A stretch of DNA of 64,000 nt from a virus. Taxonomy: Duplodnaviria > Caudoviricetes. The notes beneath the pieces were generated by a model. It worked only from the letters and a program-made list of their open reading frames with translations, was not told the DNA's origin and made no database searches. This document shows positions 1 through 8,782 of this stretch, piece by piece. The stretch lies in the IMG/VR virus record IMGVR_UViG_3300031994_000097, positions 1,407-65,406 of that record; one strand, given 5' to 3'. Every line of letters begins with the position of its first letter. Position 1 is the stretch's first letter. Position numbers and translations under genes: made by a program.

Positions 1-187
1 AGTGATATGCGGTTTCTTTTTCTATCCATATTCTAATAAAATCATGATTCTTTCGCATATCTATATGTCTAGTGCCGTTTGAACCGCTCATAGTTATCGT
101 GTTTAATACATATCCTTGATTGTAATATGCATTAACAAATTCTGTTATTTTAGTGTCAAGATAATTTGATTTAATATTATATACCAT
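1..187 (-). CDS. hypothetical protein, partial (runs off left edge)
   Basis: ATG at 187 with GGAGGT RBS; open frame MVYNIKSNYLDTK... to window edge. Confidence 0.7.
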   Translation of the reverse strand, partial: MVYNIKSNYLDTKITEFVNAYYNQGYVLNTITMSGSNGTRHIDMRKNHDFIRIWIEKETAYH

Positions 188-215
188 TGTATTTACCTCC
201 ATTTTAAAAAATTTT

Positions 216-404
216 TTAGAAAATATTACATTCTTTCTCTCTGTATTTAATACCCGATATACTCTTTAGATATTGCGTCCAATGTGCGGCTAATTCTGTC
301 CATGAATCTTTTTTAATAATATCTGTTTCCTTTTCTGCACAATCTAAATAATAATCTATATAAGATTTAATAATCTGAATTCGTTCTTGTTCTTTCATAA
401 TCAA
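216..404 (-). CDS. hypothetical protein
   Basis: ORF overlapping upstream stop; AGGAG RBS. Confidence 0.65.
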   Translation of the reverse strand: MIMKEQERIQIIKSYIDYYLDCAEKETDIIKKDSWTELAAHWTQYLKSISGIKYREKECNIF

Positions 405-658
405 TCTCCTATACTATAATAAGTGCTAACAAATTCACCATTAGGTGTAATATAATAATTCCAATCACCATATGCCGCTTGTTCATAACCAATTGTGATA
501 CTATCTTTTGGTGCGAATTTTACCTCTTTAAAGTGCTTAGTGCGATAATCAGTTCTGCTACTAATCAGATTGATTACTGCATCAAACTGTGCCTTAGTCA
601 AAGTTACTGTAGCATTTTCAGTGTCATAGTTGTTGAATAATTCATCTAAGAAATCCAT
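401..658 (-). CDS. hypothetical protein
   Basis: AGGAGGT RBS; minus-strand TTGACA promoter at ~726-731. Confidence 0.8.
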   Translation of the reverse strand: MDFLDELFNNYDTENATVTLTKAQFDAVINLISSRTDYRTKHFKEVKFAPKDSITIGYEQAAYGDWNYYITPNGEFVSTYYSIGD

Positions 659-788
659 GTTATATACCTCCTATGTATTGGCTGTTTCTTAACTACAAGT
701 ATAATATATCATATATATATTAAGTTGTCAACACTAAAATTAAAAAATATTTATGGTAGTTACATTTAAATATATTGCTCTATCACAT

Positions 789-816
789 AAAAAAGAGCCG
801 CATAAAAACGGCTCTT
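789..816 (-). terminator. intrinsic terminator
   Basis: AAGAGCCG/CGGCTCTT stem with T-run on minus strand. Confidence 0.75.
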
Positions 817-821
817 AATGA

Positions 822-1199
822 TTATTCGTTTATAAACTTATAAATCATATCAATCTTAGATTGTGAAATACTATGTGAATTTGATAAGAACGTTGTGATT
901 GTACCAATAGAACTTATATTTCTATCATGACAACGCTTTGCAAATTCAGTCTTAGTAATATTGTGTTTGCGTATATACTCTAAACAATCTTTTCTCAATG
1001 TGATTGCTTTAAGTTCCTTATTAACAAACGTATTACTCTTATTATCAAGATATGATTTATAATCGTCCAATGTTTTACCATAACGCTTGATAACTTCATT
1101 TATATACTGTCTAGTACAGCCAAGAGTTTCGGCTGTAATAGACTGATTATAATTATTAAGTTCTAAAGTTTTGTACACGTTTATAATTTTATCATTCAT
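822..1199 (-). CDS. double helix-turn-helix DNA-binding protein (N-terminal HTH, C-terminal XRE-like HTH)
   Basis: NQSITAETLGCTRQYINEVIK and ITKTEFAKRC...SIGTITTFLS patterns; GGAGGT RBS before ATG 1199; own TTGACG promoter. Confidence 0.6.
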   Translation of the reverse strand: MNDKIINVYKTLELNNYNQSITAETLGCTRQYINEVIKRYGKTLDDYKSYLDNKSNTFVNKELKAITLRKDCLEYIRKHNITKTEFAKRCHDRNISSIGTITTFLSNSHSISQSKIDMIYKFINE

Positions 1200-1262
1200 T
1201 TCAATACCTCCAAGTATTATATTATCATAACATTTATATTGCGTCAATAGGTTTTTAAAAAA

Positions 1263-1859
1263 TCATACTACTTGTAGTTTACCTAAAGATGACTTACCAC
1301 ATCTCTTACAATAATAATCTTTAGTATGTTTAATCCACTTAGGTTCTCTTTGCCTATACACATCGGTTATAATACGATTACAACAAGGACATTTTAACCT
1401 ATAATGTTTCTGTTTTGATTTATTTTTCTCTATACGCTCTTTATTAACATCGGCGTTTAATCTTTCACTAAAATCCGAGCATCTAACAATATTCATATTG
1501 TAGCAATCATTAACCAATTCAGCATATTCTAACCATTTACCACCATGATGAGCACCTACACATTCATTACATGAATGAATCAATTCGTGCATCACCGTGG
1601 TACGTACACTATTAATATCATTTCTGTCATCCAATAAGAATGAACTAATGTTAATACTCATAGTTGCTGATATTGGTTCACGCTTTAACGTTATTGGATT
1701 ATATCTGTACTGTACATTACGATATTTACATTGACCATATCTTGTTTTTGCTCTTGTATTTACTGTAAATTCATTTTCAGTAATATTGGGATAAATACCA
1801 ATAGCGTTTAATTCAGCTATACACTCTTTTGCAATTTTCTTTAAGTCATACATTCCCAT
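1263..1859 (-). CDS. SprT-like zinc metalloprotease with C-terminal zinc ribbon
   Basis: YGQC, HELIH...HHGGKW zincin motif; CPCC...CKRCG. Confidence 0.8.
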   Translation of the reverse strand: MGMYDLKKIAKECIAELNAIGIYPNITENEFTVNTRAKTRYGQCKYRNVQYRYNPITLKREPISATMSINISSFLLDDRNDINSVRTTVMHELIHSCNECVGAHHGGKWLEYAELVNDCYNMNIVRCSDFSERLNADVNKERIEKNKSKQKHYRLKCPCCNRIITDVYRQREPKWIKHTKDYYCKRCGKSSLGKLQVV

Positions 1860-2119
1860 TTCTTTATTTCCTTTCGTCTTTTGATAAATCAACTATATCA
1901 AATTATATTTAGTTTGTCAAGCATATTTTTAAAATTATTTTTCTTTCTATTATACATAGAAAAATTGTGTGCATGATTAGTAGTAATTATATTTAAATAT
2001 AAACGTGTATATATAATTCTTATATAGAAGAAAAATTTTTTCAATTTATACTTGACAAATAAAATTCTATATGTTAATCTATCATTGTAAACGATAACAA
2101 ACATAAGAGAGGTAATAAT

Positions 2120-2380
2120 ATGACTTATCAAGATATTATGGAAATCTTAAAAGATTATGGACGTACTAAAGGACACGTATGGCTAGTAAAGGGATATTGT
2201 AATGATGCTACTATAGTACAACTTAAATATGATACTACAAGGCGTTATTTTATGACACGCATTTACGCATTATCTGAAACAAATGAATATTGCGATATTC
2301 CATTACAGAGAGTGCCACAAGATGTATTTCAGAACAATGTAGAATATTTATTATCACAAGGATATACAATTTCTTTTTAA
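2120..2380 (+). CDS. hypothetical protein
   Basis: GAGGT RBS; TTGACA promoter at 2052. Confidence 0.75.
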   Translation: MTYQDIMEILKDYGRTKGHVWLVKGYCNDATIVQLKYDTTRRYFMTRIYALSETNEYCDIPLQRVPQDVFQNNVEYLLSQGYTISF

Positions 2381-2395
2381 TAGGAGGATAACAAA

Positions 2396-2803
2396 ATGAA
2401 AAGATATGTATATTATCAGCCAAACGACAAGGATTTAAAAGATGAAGTAGGAGATTGTCAAATAAGAGCATTTAGTAAAGTACTAGGACTTAGTTGGTTA
2501 GAGGCTTTTGATTTAACAACGCCACTTTGTAGAGAATTACAGACATATACAATATTCGGTTGTGATTTAAAGAAAACAAAAGAGGCTATGAGTAAGTTAG
2601 GATTTGAATATACAGGTATATCTAACAAAAAGGGTAGTAAAAGACCGACAGTTGATGAGTTCGCTAAAAAGCATCCAATAGGAAAATATATTCTAAGTGT
2701 AGCAAACCATGTTGTAGCTTGCGTTGATGGAAAATATTACGACACTTGGGATAGCGGCTATAAATGCTTATATGGTTATTATGAGTTAAAGAATGAACAA
2801 TAA
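2396..2803 (+). CDS. conserved phage protein, possible papain/C39-like cysteine peptidase fold
   Basis: GDCQIRA...HVVACVDGKYYDTWDS (Cys-His-Asp arrangement); AGGAGG RBS. Confidence 0.55.
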   Translation: MKRYVYYQPNDKDLKDEVGDCQIRAFSKVLGLSWLEAFDLTTPLCRELQTYTIFGCDLKKTKEAMSKLGFEYTGISNKKGSKRPTVDEFAKKHPIGKYILSVANHVVACVDGKYYDTWDSGYKCLYGYYELKNEQ

Positions 2804-2814
2804 CCCCCTATCCA

Positions 2815-3015
2815 TTTTCAATCTCAATCTTGATTTTCAATTCTGATTCCGAATCTCAATTCTGAATTTCAATTTTGATTTTGAAAATGGATTTTTAATT
2901 TTCAATCTTAATTTTCATTTTGGATTCTTATATTTAAATCTATTTCCCATTTTAGATTTTCGATTTCAATTCTCATTTTAGATTCTAATTTCAATTCTAA
3001 TCCTAATCTTAATTA
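2815..3015. repeat. degenerate ~6-bp-period tandem array (RATYYY units)
   Basis: aatctc aatctt gatttt ... gattct aatttc aattct aatcct aatctt; non-coding. Confidence 0.75.
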
Positions 3016-3175
3016 CTTTTAAAATCCCCTTAAATCCCTTAAAAACTATTTACCTAACCAATTTACCATTAACCTATTTACCATGCCTTAAACAGCCAAA
3101 ATCGCAGAAATTTGACTATGTTATCCATTCAATGACCGCTTGACAATCCCAAATAAAAATAATCAAAATTTGTAC

Positions 3176-3203
3176 TTGACAACCAATTCTCATGTGATAT
3201 AAT
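3176..3203 (+). promoter_or_regulatory. sigma-A promoter with no downstream ORF
   Basis: TTGACA-16-TATAAT with TG extension. Confidence 0.65.
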
Positions 3204-3208
3204 AGACT

Positions 3209-3390
3209 CATAGACAAAGGGATTATATCTGTTGGGATAATGATATAATGATTCTATTGTTTATATCCATACTGTTGTTGTTTTTGTTTTCCAATTGCAT
3301 AGAGATTAGGTTGATTGTACAACCTACACAATCAACCTAAGATATGCAATCCTAAAGCGATAACGATAGCTTGATAGAACAGCCTAAAGG
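3209..3390 (+). ncRNA. candidate structured small RNA
   Basis: Downstream of promoter, no ORF; perfect 13-bp stem 3306-3318/3328-3340 inside TTGCAT/ATGCAA. Confidence 0.4.
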
Positions 3391-3399
3391 AATATAATA

Positions 3400-3770
3400 T
3401 ATGGCTATATGATAATATATAATAACAATAATAATATATAATATAATATATTTAACTATATCATAATAATAATTAACTAACTAATTATATATATATTTAA
3501 ATATAATAGACACCATCTGTACTACATATATGCACATCGCCCCAAAATTACGGATTCGCTATAAAGCCAAAATCGGCAAAAATACGTAATTTCACAAATT
3601 AAAGTTTTTGCAAATACTTTAACAATGTAAAGTGATAACGTGGCGACTTTTTAAAGTGATAATACGTTAGTGTAGTAGTGTAGTAAAACTACACTGCGTT
3701 AGTGTAGTAAAGTGATATATTTAAATATATGACCGAACAAGTGTTTATGATATATTTAAATATATCATCT
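3400..3770 (+). repeat. composite non-coding element copy 1 (others ~11670-11885 inverted, ~12920-13260 direct)
   Basis: TAACTAACTA tract, GCCCCAAA block, CTTTA-N6-TAAAG boxes and ATATATTTAAATATAT shared. Confidence 0.65.
3735..3746. promoter_or_regulatory. LexA/SOS-box-like site
   Basis: GAAC-AAGT-GTTT matches Firmicutes GAAC-N4-GTTY; lies between two palindromes. Confidence 0.45.
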
Positions 3771-3888
3771 TACTCCAATCCTTCTATAGAAAAAATATTT
3801 TTGAAAAAACCTATTGACAACTATATAATAATTTGATATAGTTAAGATGTTCCAAATAAATCATATCTAATTCATAGGAGGAAACATT

Positions 3889-4230
3889 ATGCAACCAAAA
3901 ATTTTAACAACAATCGAGAATTTTAACAATCTCATGGCTATGAGAGTATTCACAGAGGCTTGTGAACAGTGGTGCGTTGAGAACAAGAATTTTAAATACG
4001 AAATTGTAGTTAAAACTACATACTTCGATATGGGGCAAGATTGGAAGTATACAGCTTTTATCACTATAGACACCGACACGGAGGAAAGCTGGCAGAGCTT
4101 ATGTCCTAGAGATTGGGAGTTGGTAGTTGAAGAATCCGATATTAATAGAATTGTAGAAATGGCATGGTTCTACATGGATAACTTACAGAAACCATGGGAA
4201 GAACGCAAGCACCTTTACGAGAAGTTCTAA
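3889..4230 (+). CDS. hypothetical protein (array cassette)
   Basis: TTGACA 3814, AGGAGG RBS, terminator 4235-4262. Confidence 0.85.
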   Translation: MQPKILTTIENFNNLMAMRVFTEACEQWCVENKNFKYEIVVKTTYFDMGQDWKYTAFITIDTDTEESWQSLCPRDWELVVEESDINRIVEMAWFYMDNLQKPWEERKHLYEKF

Positions 4231-4507
4231 ACTAAACGGAGATGGTCAAACATCTCCGTTTTTATTATAGGCAGATGATATATTTAAATATAACCAATAT
4301 GGATATATTTAAATATATTATATCCATATTGGTTACAAAAATATTTTTAAAAAAGGTGTTGACAATCTATCTATAATTTGATATCATTATCTTGTCGATA
4401 AGGACAGCAGTTCACAAGAGCCTTTTAGCCGCTACTGTTTTATTGATAAACAATAACAATATTATAAAATCCTATTCAATATGCAATAGGTAGAAAAGAG
4501 GTTATTT

Positions 4508-4816
4508 ATGTACGTTGAAAATCTTTACAGTCCTAGGACAGGAGTTGCAGTCGCTAATCAGTTTGTTATTCATGATGAGGAACACAACAAAGTTACATTT
4601 CAGAGTTACTCTAGTAGAATTATGGAGCTTGACAGAAATAAGAAAACTTTATATATTGGTAGCAATTGGGATTATTCAGTAACTACAAGCAAATACAGAA
4701 ATCAGTTTGTAGCCGACTATCTTCCATATGAATTAAAGAGCTGTTTATCTACTAAAAAGGATATAATGAAAGCTCTTGAAGATGGAGAAGTAAACGGATG
4801 GAGGATAATCAGATAA
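4508..4816 (+). CDS. conserved phage hypothetical protein (NQF..FQSY..WDYS.TT.KY pattern)
   Basis: Promoter ~4359, GAGGT RBS. Confidence 0.85.
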   Translation: MYVENLYSPRTGVAVANQFVIHDEEHNKVTFQSYSSRIMELDRNKKTLYIGSNWDYSVTTSKYRNQFVADYLPYELKSCLSTKKDIMKALEDGEVNGWRIIR

Positions 4817-4965
4817 TGAAAAGTTTTGTTAATTACTTTATTGGGGCGTTTGCATTGTGTTGGTTGTTCATTTTTCCTATGGCTAATAATCCATATATCA
4901 AATATTTTGGTACGTTTATATGTGTTATCATTATTACGTTAATTGTTGTATGTCGTAAAGAATAA
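4816..4965 (+). CDS. 49-aa two-helix membrane peptide
   Basis: TAATG coupling to upstream gene; MKSFVNYFIGAFALCWLFIFPMANNPYIKYFGTFICVIIITLIVVCRKE; terminator follows. Confidence 0.7.
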   Translation: MKSFVNYFIGAFALCWLFIFPMANNPYIKYFGTFICVIIITLIVVCRKE

Positions 4966-5137
4966 GGGCGGTTTATCCGCTCTTATTTTATTGTAGGATG
5001 GTATATTTAAATATATGATAGAGTGATATATTTAAATATATGCTAAAAAATATTTTAAAAAATATATTGACAAACTATTCAGATTATGATACTATATATA
5101 CATAAGGTAATTCAATACATTTTAGGAGGATTTAATC

Positions 5138-5362
5138 ATGACAAGAGAACAGAAAATTTTATCAGAAATGAACAGAGAGGAACTTAGATTAAAAAGAGCC
5201 GTTGAAGAAAACAACAATGCAATGGTTCAGTACCATGAAGGTAAAATCGAAGGTTTCACAAGGATGTTAACTCTATTATCCTATAGAGTAGAAAAGGAAG
5301 AGATAGCCGATTTAAACGGTTATAGTATCTATAAATATACTAACATCTATGATGTGAGATAA
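5138..5362 (+). CDS. hypothetical protein (array cassette)
   Basis: TTGACA 5067, AGGAGG RBS, terminator ~5367-5397. Confidence 0.85.
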   Translation: MTREQKILSEMNREELRLKRAVEENNNAMVQYHEGKIEGFTRMLTLLSYRVEKEEIADLNGYSIYKYTNIYDVR

Positions 5363-5513
5363 TAATAAAAACGGAGTCGTAAAGGCTCTGTTTTTTTATC
5401 TTTTAATGATATATTTAAATATATCATTTTAAAATTTATACTTGACAATTGTATCAATATGGTATATTATAATTATAGTATCAATAATATATTATTCATA
5501 GGAGATTAAAACA

Positions 5514-5714
5514 ATGCTTTATTATTTAAGTTGTAGTGCATGGGGTTATGCTGTTTGTGTGGCTGATGACAATAATGATAAAAAATTATACGTGCGTACA
5601 GTTCATAAAGATGGTAGTTATGATTTTACAGCGGATTATTCATTGGCTAAAAGATGGAAAAATTGCGAACCAGCAAGAAAACACTTAGAGAATTTAAAGA
5701 ATAGCGACAATTGA
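5514..5714 (+). CDS. hypothetical protein (array cassette)
   Basis: TTGACA 5442, AGGAG RBS, terminator overlapping stop. Confidence 0.8.
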   Translation: MLYYLSCSAWGYAVCVADDNNDKKLYVRTVHKDGSYDFTADYSLAKRWKNCEPARKHLENLKNSDN

Positions 5715-5856
5715 GCCGCTATTCTTTATACTATAAACATATATTTAAATATATATCTATAAAAATATTTTTAAAATACTAGTTGACAATCATATATCAT
5801 TATGCTAATATATACTTGTAAGTTAAATATATCTTAATTTTATGGAGGATTTCAAT

Positions 5857-6381
5857 ATGAAAACAAATTACAAAAGAGCTTTAAAAGCAATGGCTAAAAT
5901 GGAAAAGAGAATATACTTTGATACACTTGACAGTGTAGTGCTTGTATCTGAAAGTCATTTTATTATCAGTGTACCATATGCAGAATGGCAGGAACTAGTT
6001 GAAGGTGTTGACGCTGTATTTAAAAAGAATGAACTATCACAGAATGATGCATTAAGAAAAATCTTTTATGATAATAAGGACGGTATAGGTGTACAGTGTG
6101 AAATGACTAACGCCGCTATATATTGTGGTGATAAGTTAACAAGAGTCTTTAAGGCTAGTGATTCTCTTGGAGTATTCAACGAAAAATTTTTAGATGTAGT
6201 ACGTGATACTATACACGCTGATTATCTTGTTTATGGTATGACAGTAAACACTACTAGCGAACAGATTAAAGTGCCTATGATACACGCTGATTTTGATGCT
6301 AATGATAAACTGATAAGTGGAGTGGCTATACTTCCTATCAATTGTAATGTAAGAGATGTATTTAATCACATATTAGAATAA
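5857..6381 (+). CDS. hypothetical protein, weak sliding-clamp-like pattern
   Basis: GGAGG RBS before ATG 5857; TTGACA 5783; terminator 6387-6410. Confidence 0.85.
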   Translation: MKTNYKRALKAMAKMEKRIYFDTLDSVVLVSESHFIISVPYAEWQELVEGVDAVFKKNELSQNDALRKIFYDNKDGIGVQCEMTNAAIYCGDKLTRVFKASDSLGVFNEKFLDVVRDTIHADYLVYGMTVNTTSEQIKVPMIHADFDANDKLISGVAILPINCNVRDVFNHILE

Positions 6382-6573
6382 ATATAAAAGGGATAGAAAT
6401 ATCCCTTTTTATTTTATCAGTAATCATATATTTAAATATATAAGCTAAGATATATTTTAATATATCCAATTTATCGTACTAAAATTTTTCAAAATAATTC
6501 TTGACATTAAATTATTTATCATATATAATAAAAGAGAATTAAATAATAACTTTTTATTAAGGAGGACGTAATT

Positions 6574-6987
6574 ATGTCAGAATACACACAGATGGCAGAT
6601 GATTTTTGCACTAAGCATGGAGTTTCAATCATCATTAAACAAGGAGAGAACCACAAGCCACCAATTACAGATGGTCTAGGTTATAGAGTTAAAATTAAGC
6701 GTATTGTAAATGGTAAATTAAGACAGTATAGTTTTGATTTTTCAGATAGTTTTCATAATAAAGTGTATGGTCTACAACCTACAAACTATGACATACTTGC
6801 TTGTCTTGAAAAGTACGAAATCGGAGATTTTGAAGATTTTTGTTGTGAGTTTGGTTATCCTATGACCGATGATTATGGCAGAATCAACAGAGCAAACAAG
6901 AAGCTATATAACGCTTGTGTGAAAGAATGGTACAATGTTAGACGTATGTTTGACGATTGCCTTGATGAGCTGAGAGAGATTAATTGA
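6574..6987 (+). CDS. conserved phage hypothetical protein (PT.YDILACL..FEDFC.EFGY pattern)
   Basis: AAGGAGG RBS; promoter ~6500; terminator ~6995-7025. Confidence 0.9.
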   Translation: MSEYTQMADDFCTKHGVSIIIKQGENHKPPITDGLGYRVKIKRIVNGKLRQYSFDFSDSFHNKVYGLQPTNYDILACLEKYEIGDFEDFCCEFGYPMTDDYGRINRANKKLYNACVKEWYNVRRMFDDCLDELREIN

Positions 6988-7154
6988 GTTAACGAAAGAC
7001 CGATAGATTTTTATCGGTCTTTTTGTTTGAGTATAGAATAGATTTAAATATATGTCTAAAATATTTTTTAAAAAAAATAGTTGACAAATGAAATCAAAGT
7101 GCTATAATAATATATGTAAGGTAAATCAATAATAAATTCTAGGAGGATTTAACA

Positions 7155-7424
7155 ATGAGTAAATTAAGTGGTGTAGGTGTAAATGGTTATGGTTTTACTT
7201 TTAATCGTAAGAGCGGCAAGGTCATTCAGACTCTTGAAGGTAACGTACCAATGCTAAGAATGGCAGGAATGAAGCTATCAGCTACTAGAGATTACGTGGT
7301 TGTTGGTAAGGATAATCTAATATATGCCTACTATGAAGGCAGAAAAGACACAATGCCACATATTTGCGATGATATGGTTGGTATGGATGCTAAAAAGATA
7401 GGCATTGATGTTTCACAGTTCTAA
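7155..7424 (+). CDS. hypothetical protein (array cassette)
   Basis: TTGACA 7081..TGCTATAAT, AGGAGG RBS, terminator. Confidence 0.85.
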   Translation: MSKLSGVGVNGYGFTFNRKSGKVIQTLEGNVPMLRMAGMKLSATRDYVVVGKDNLIYAYYEGRKDTMPHICDDMVGMDAKKIGIDVSQF

Positions 7425-7609
7425 AAGATAAATCAGAGAACACTAACAATCGTTCTCTGATTTTTTTTATTATATATAGATATATTTAAATATATAAGAA
7501 TAAAATTAAATAAAAATATTTTGAATAAAAGTGTTGACAAATGATATAAACAAGAGTAATATAATATATGTAAGATAAATAAATCTTTTAAACCTAGGAG
7601 GTAAATATT

Positions 7610-8155
7610 ATGTTATTTGATTATGACGCTTTAAGTAGAGCAATTGAGGACAAGTTCGACTATGAATTGGGAAAATTCGTAAATGGTGATGAGGATGAAG
7701 TTGCTGACGTTTGCGAACAGATTGACAGCTACAATGGATTTTTGGGTGATGATAGATATTATCCTATGGATGAAATTGATGAGCTTGTCAGCATTGAAGG
7801 TAAGTCAGTTCTTGAAGTTCTTGATATGTTCGCGAGTGACTTTGATTTAGACGATGATTATTTTCAGTATGGTATCTATGGTATTAGTTCCACTGACAGC
7901 CGTGATTATGTTTCTTTACTTGGTGCATCTGAAATCACAGAGCAGATTAAAGATAATATCAATCAAGTTGATAATGAGGATTTAGAGGTTATTTTTGACA
8001 ATGAAGATTGTGCAAGCACAGAACTCGATGACCTTGAAGAGCTTTTTGCAGACATTGAAGAGGATGACGAAGAGGGCATGAAAGACGCACAGAATCAGCT
8101 TGAAGATTTTATCAATAATTACGGATTAAAAGAATACTTAGATATTGAAGAGTAA
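7610..8155 (+). CDS. highly acidic protein, DNA-mimic candidate
   Basis: ~58 D/E vs ~9 K/R in 181 aa; own promoter, AGGAGGT RBS, terminator. Confidence 0.85.
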   Translation: MLFDYDALSRAIEDKFDYELGKFVNGDEDEVADVCEQIDSYNGFLGDDRYYPMDEIDELVSIEGKSVLEVLDMFASDFDLDDDYFQYGIYGISSTDSRDYVSLLGASEITEQIKDNINQVDNEDLEVIFDNEDCASTELDDLEELFADIEEDDEEGMKDAQNQLEDFINNYGLKEYLDIEE

Positions 8156-8341
8156 TCTTAAATAGGGATAGTCAATCTATCCCTATTTTATTTTATTATG
8201 CATATATATTTAAATATAACCTACTATATATTTTAATATATCTTTATAAAAATATTTTCAATTTACCTATTGACAATATAACTTATATTTGTTAATATAT
8301 ACTTAGTTCCAAACAATACAACTTAATAGGAGGGTTTCAAT

Positions 8342-8620
8342 ATGTTAAATATTGAAGTTGAATACAAACACGATAGAGTGCTTGTGCATGGTTTATCTTT
8401 TAATTTTGCTTGTGATATGATTGAATCGGTAATCGTTCCAACTAGCTTTAAGGTTATCTTTATGAACGGCAATACGTTTTATAAAGACCGTAAAGACAAC
8501 AAGTCATTTGCAAGGTTTAATGAAGTGTTTGATACTCTTGTAATCAATCGTAAATATATAGATAAAGAAAAATGGAATAAATACATCAAAATCAAAGGTG
8601 CAATTTCATTTTCTAATTGA
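8342..8620 (+). CDS. hypothetical protein (array cassette)
   Basis: Promoter ~8270, AGGAGG RBS, terminator ~8626-8659. Confidence 0.85.
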   Translation: MLNIEVEYKHDRVLVHGLSFNFACDMIESVIVPTSFKVIFMNGNTFYKDRKDNKSFARFNEVFDTLVINRKYIDKEKWNKYIKIKGAISFSN

Positions 8621-8782
8621 GATTTAGAAAAGCGGTTTAATCGCCGCTTTTCTTTTTTTGTTGATTATTATATTTAAATATATTAGTCTATAACTTTTTT
8701 TATTTTACCCTATTGACAAATGTTTATAAATGATTATAATAGATAATGTAAACAATATTTATTCACTTTGGAGGTAGATAAT

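Noticed and set aside
1898-2131. 77-aa minus-strand ORF
   Set aside because: Spans the divergent promoter region, no RBS, low-complexity translation
2815-3015. Repeat-protein coding region
   Set aside because: Stops in the frames inspected, no RBS, and no ORF in the track
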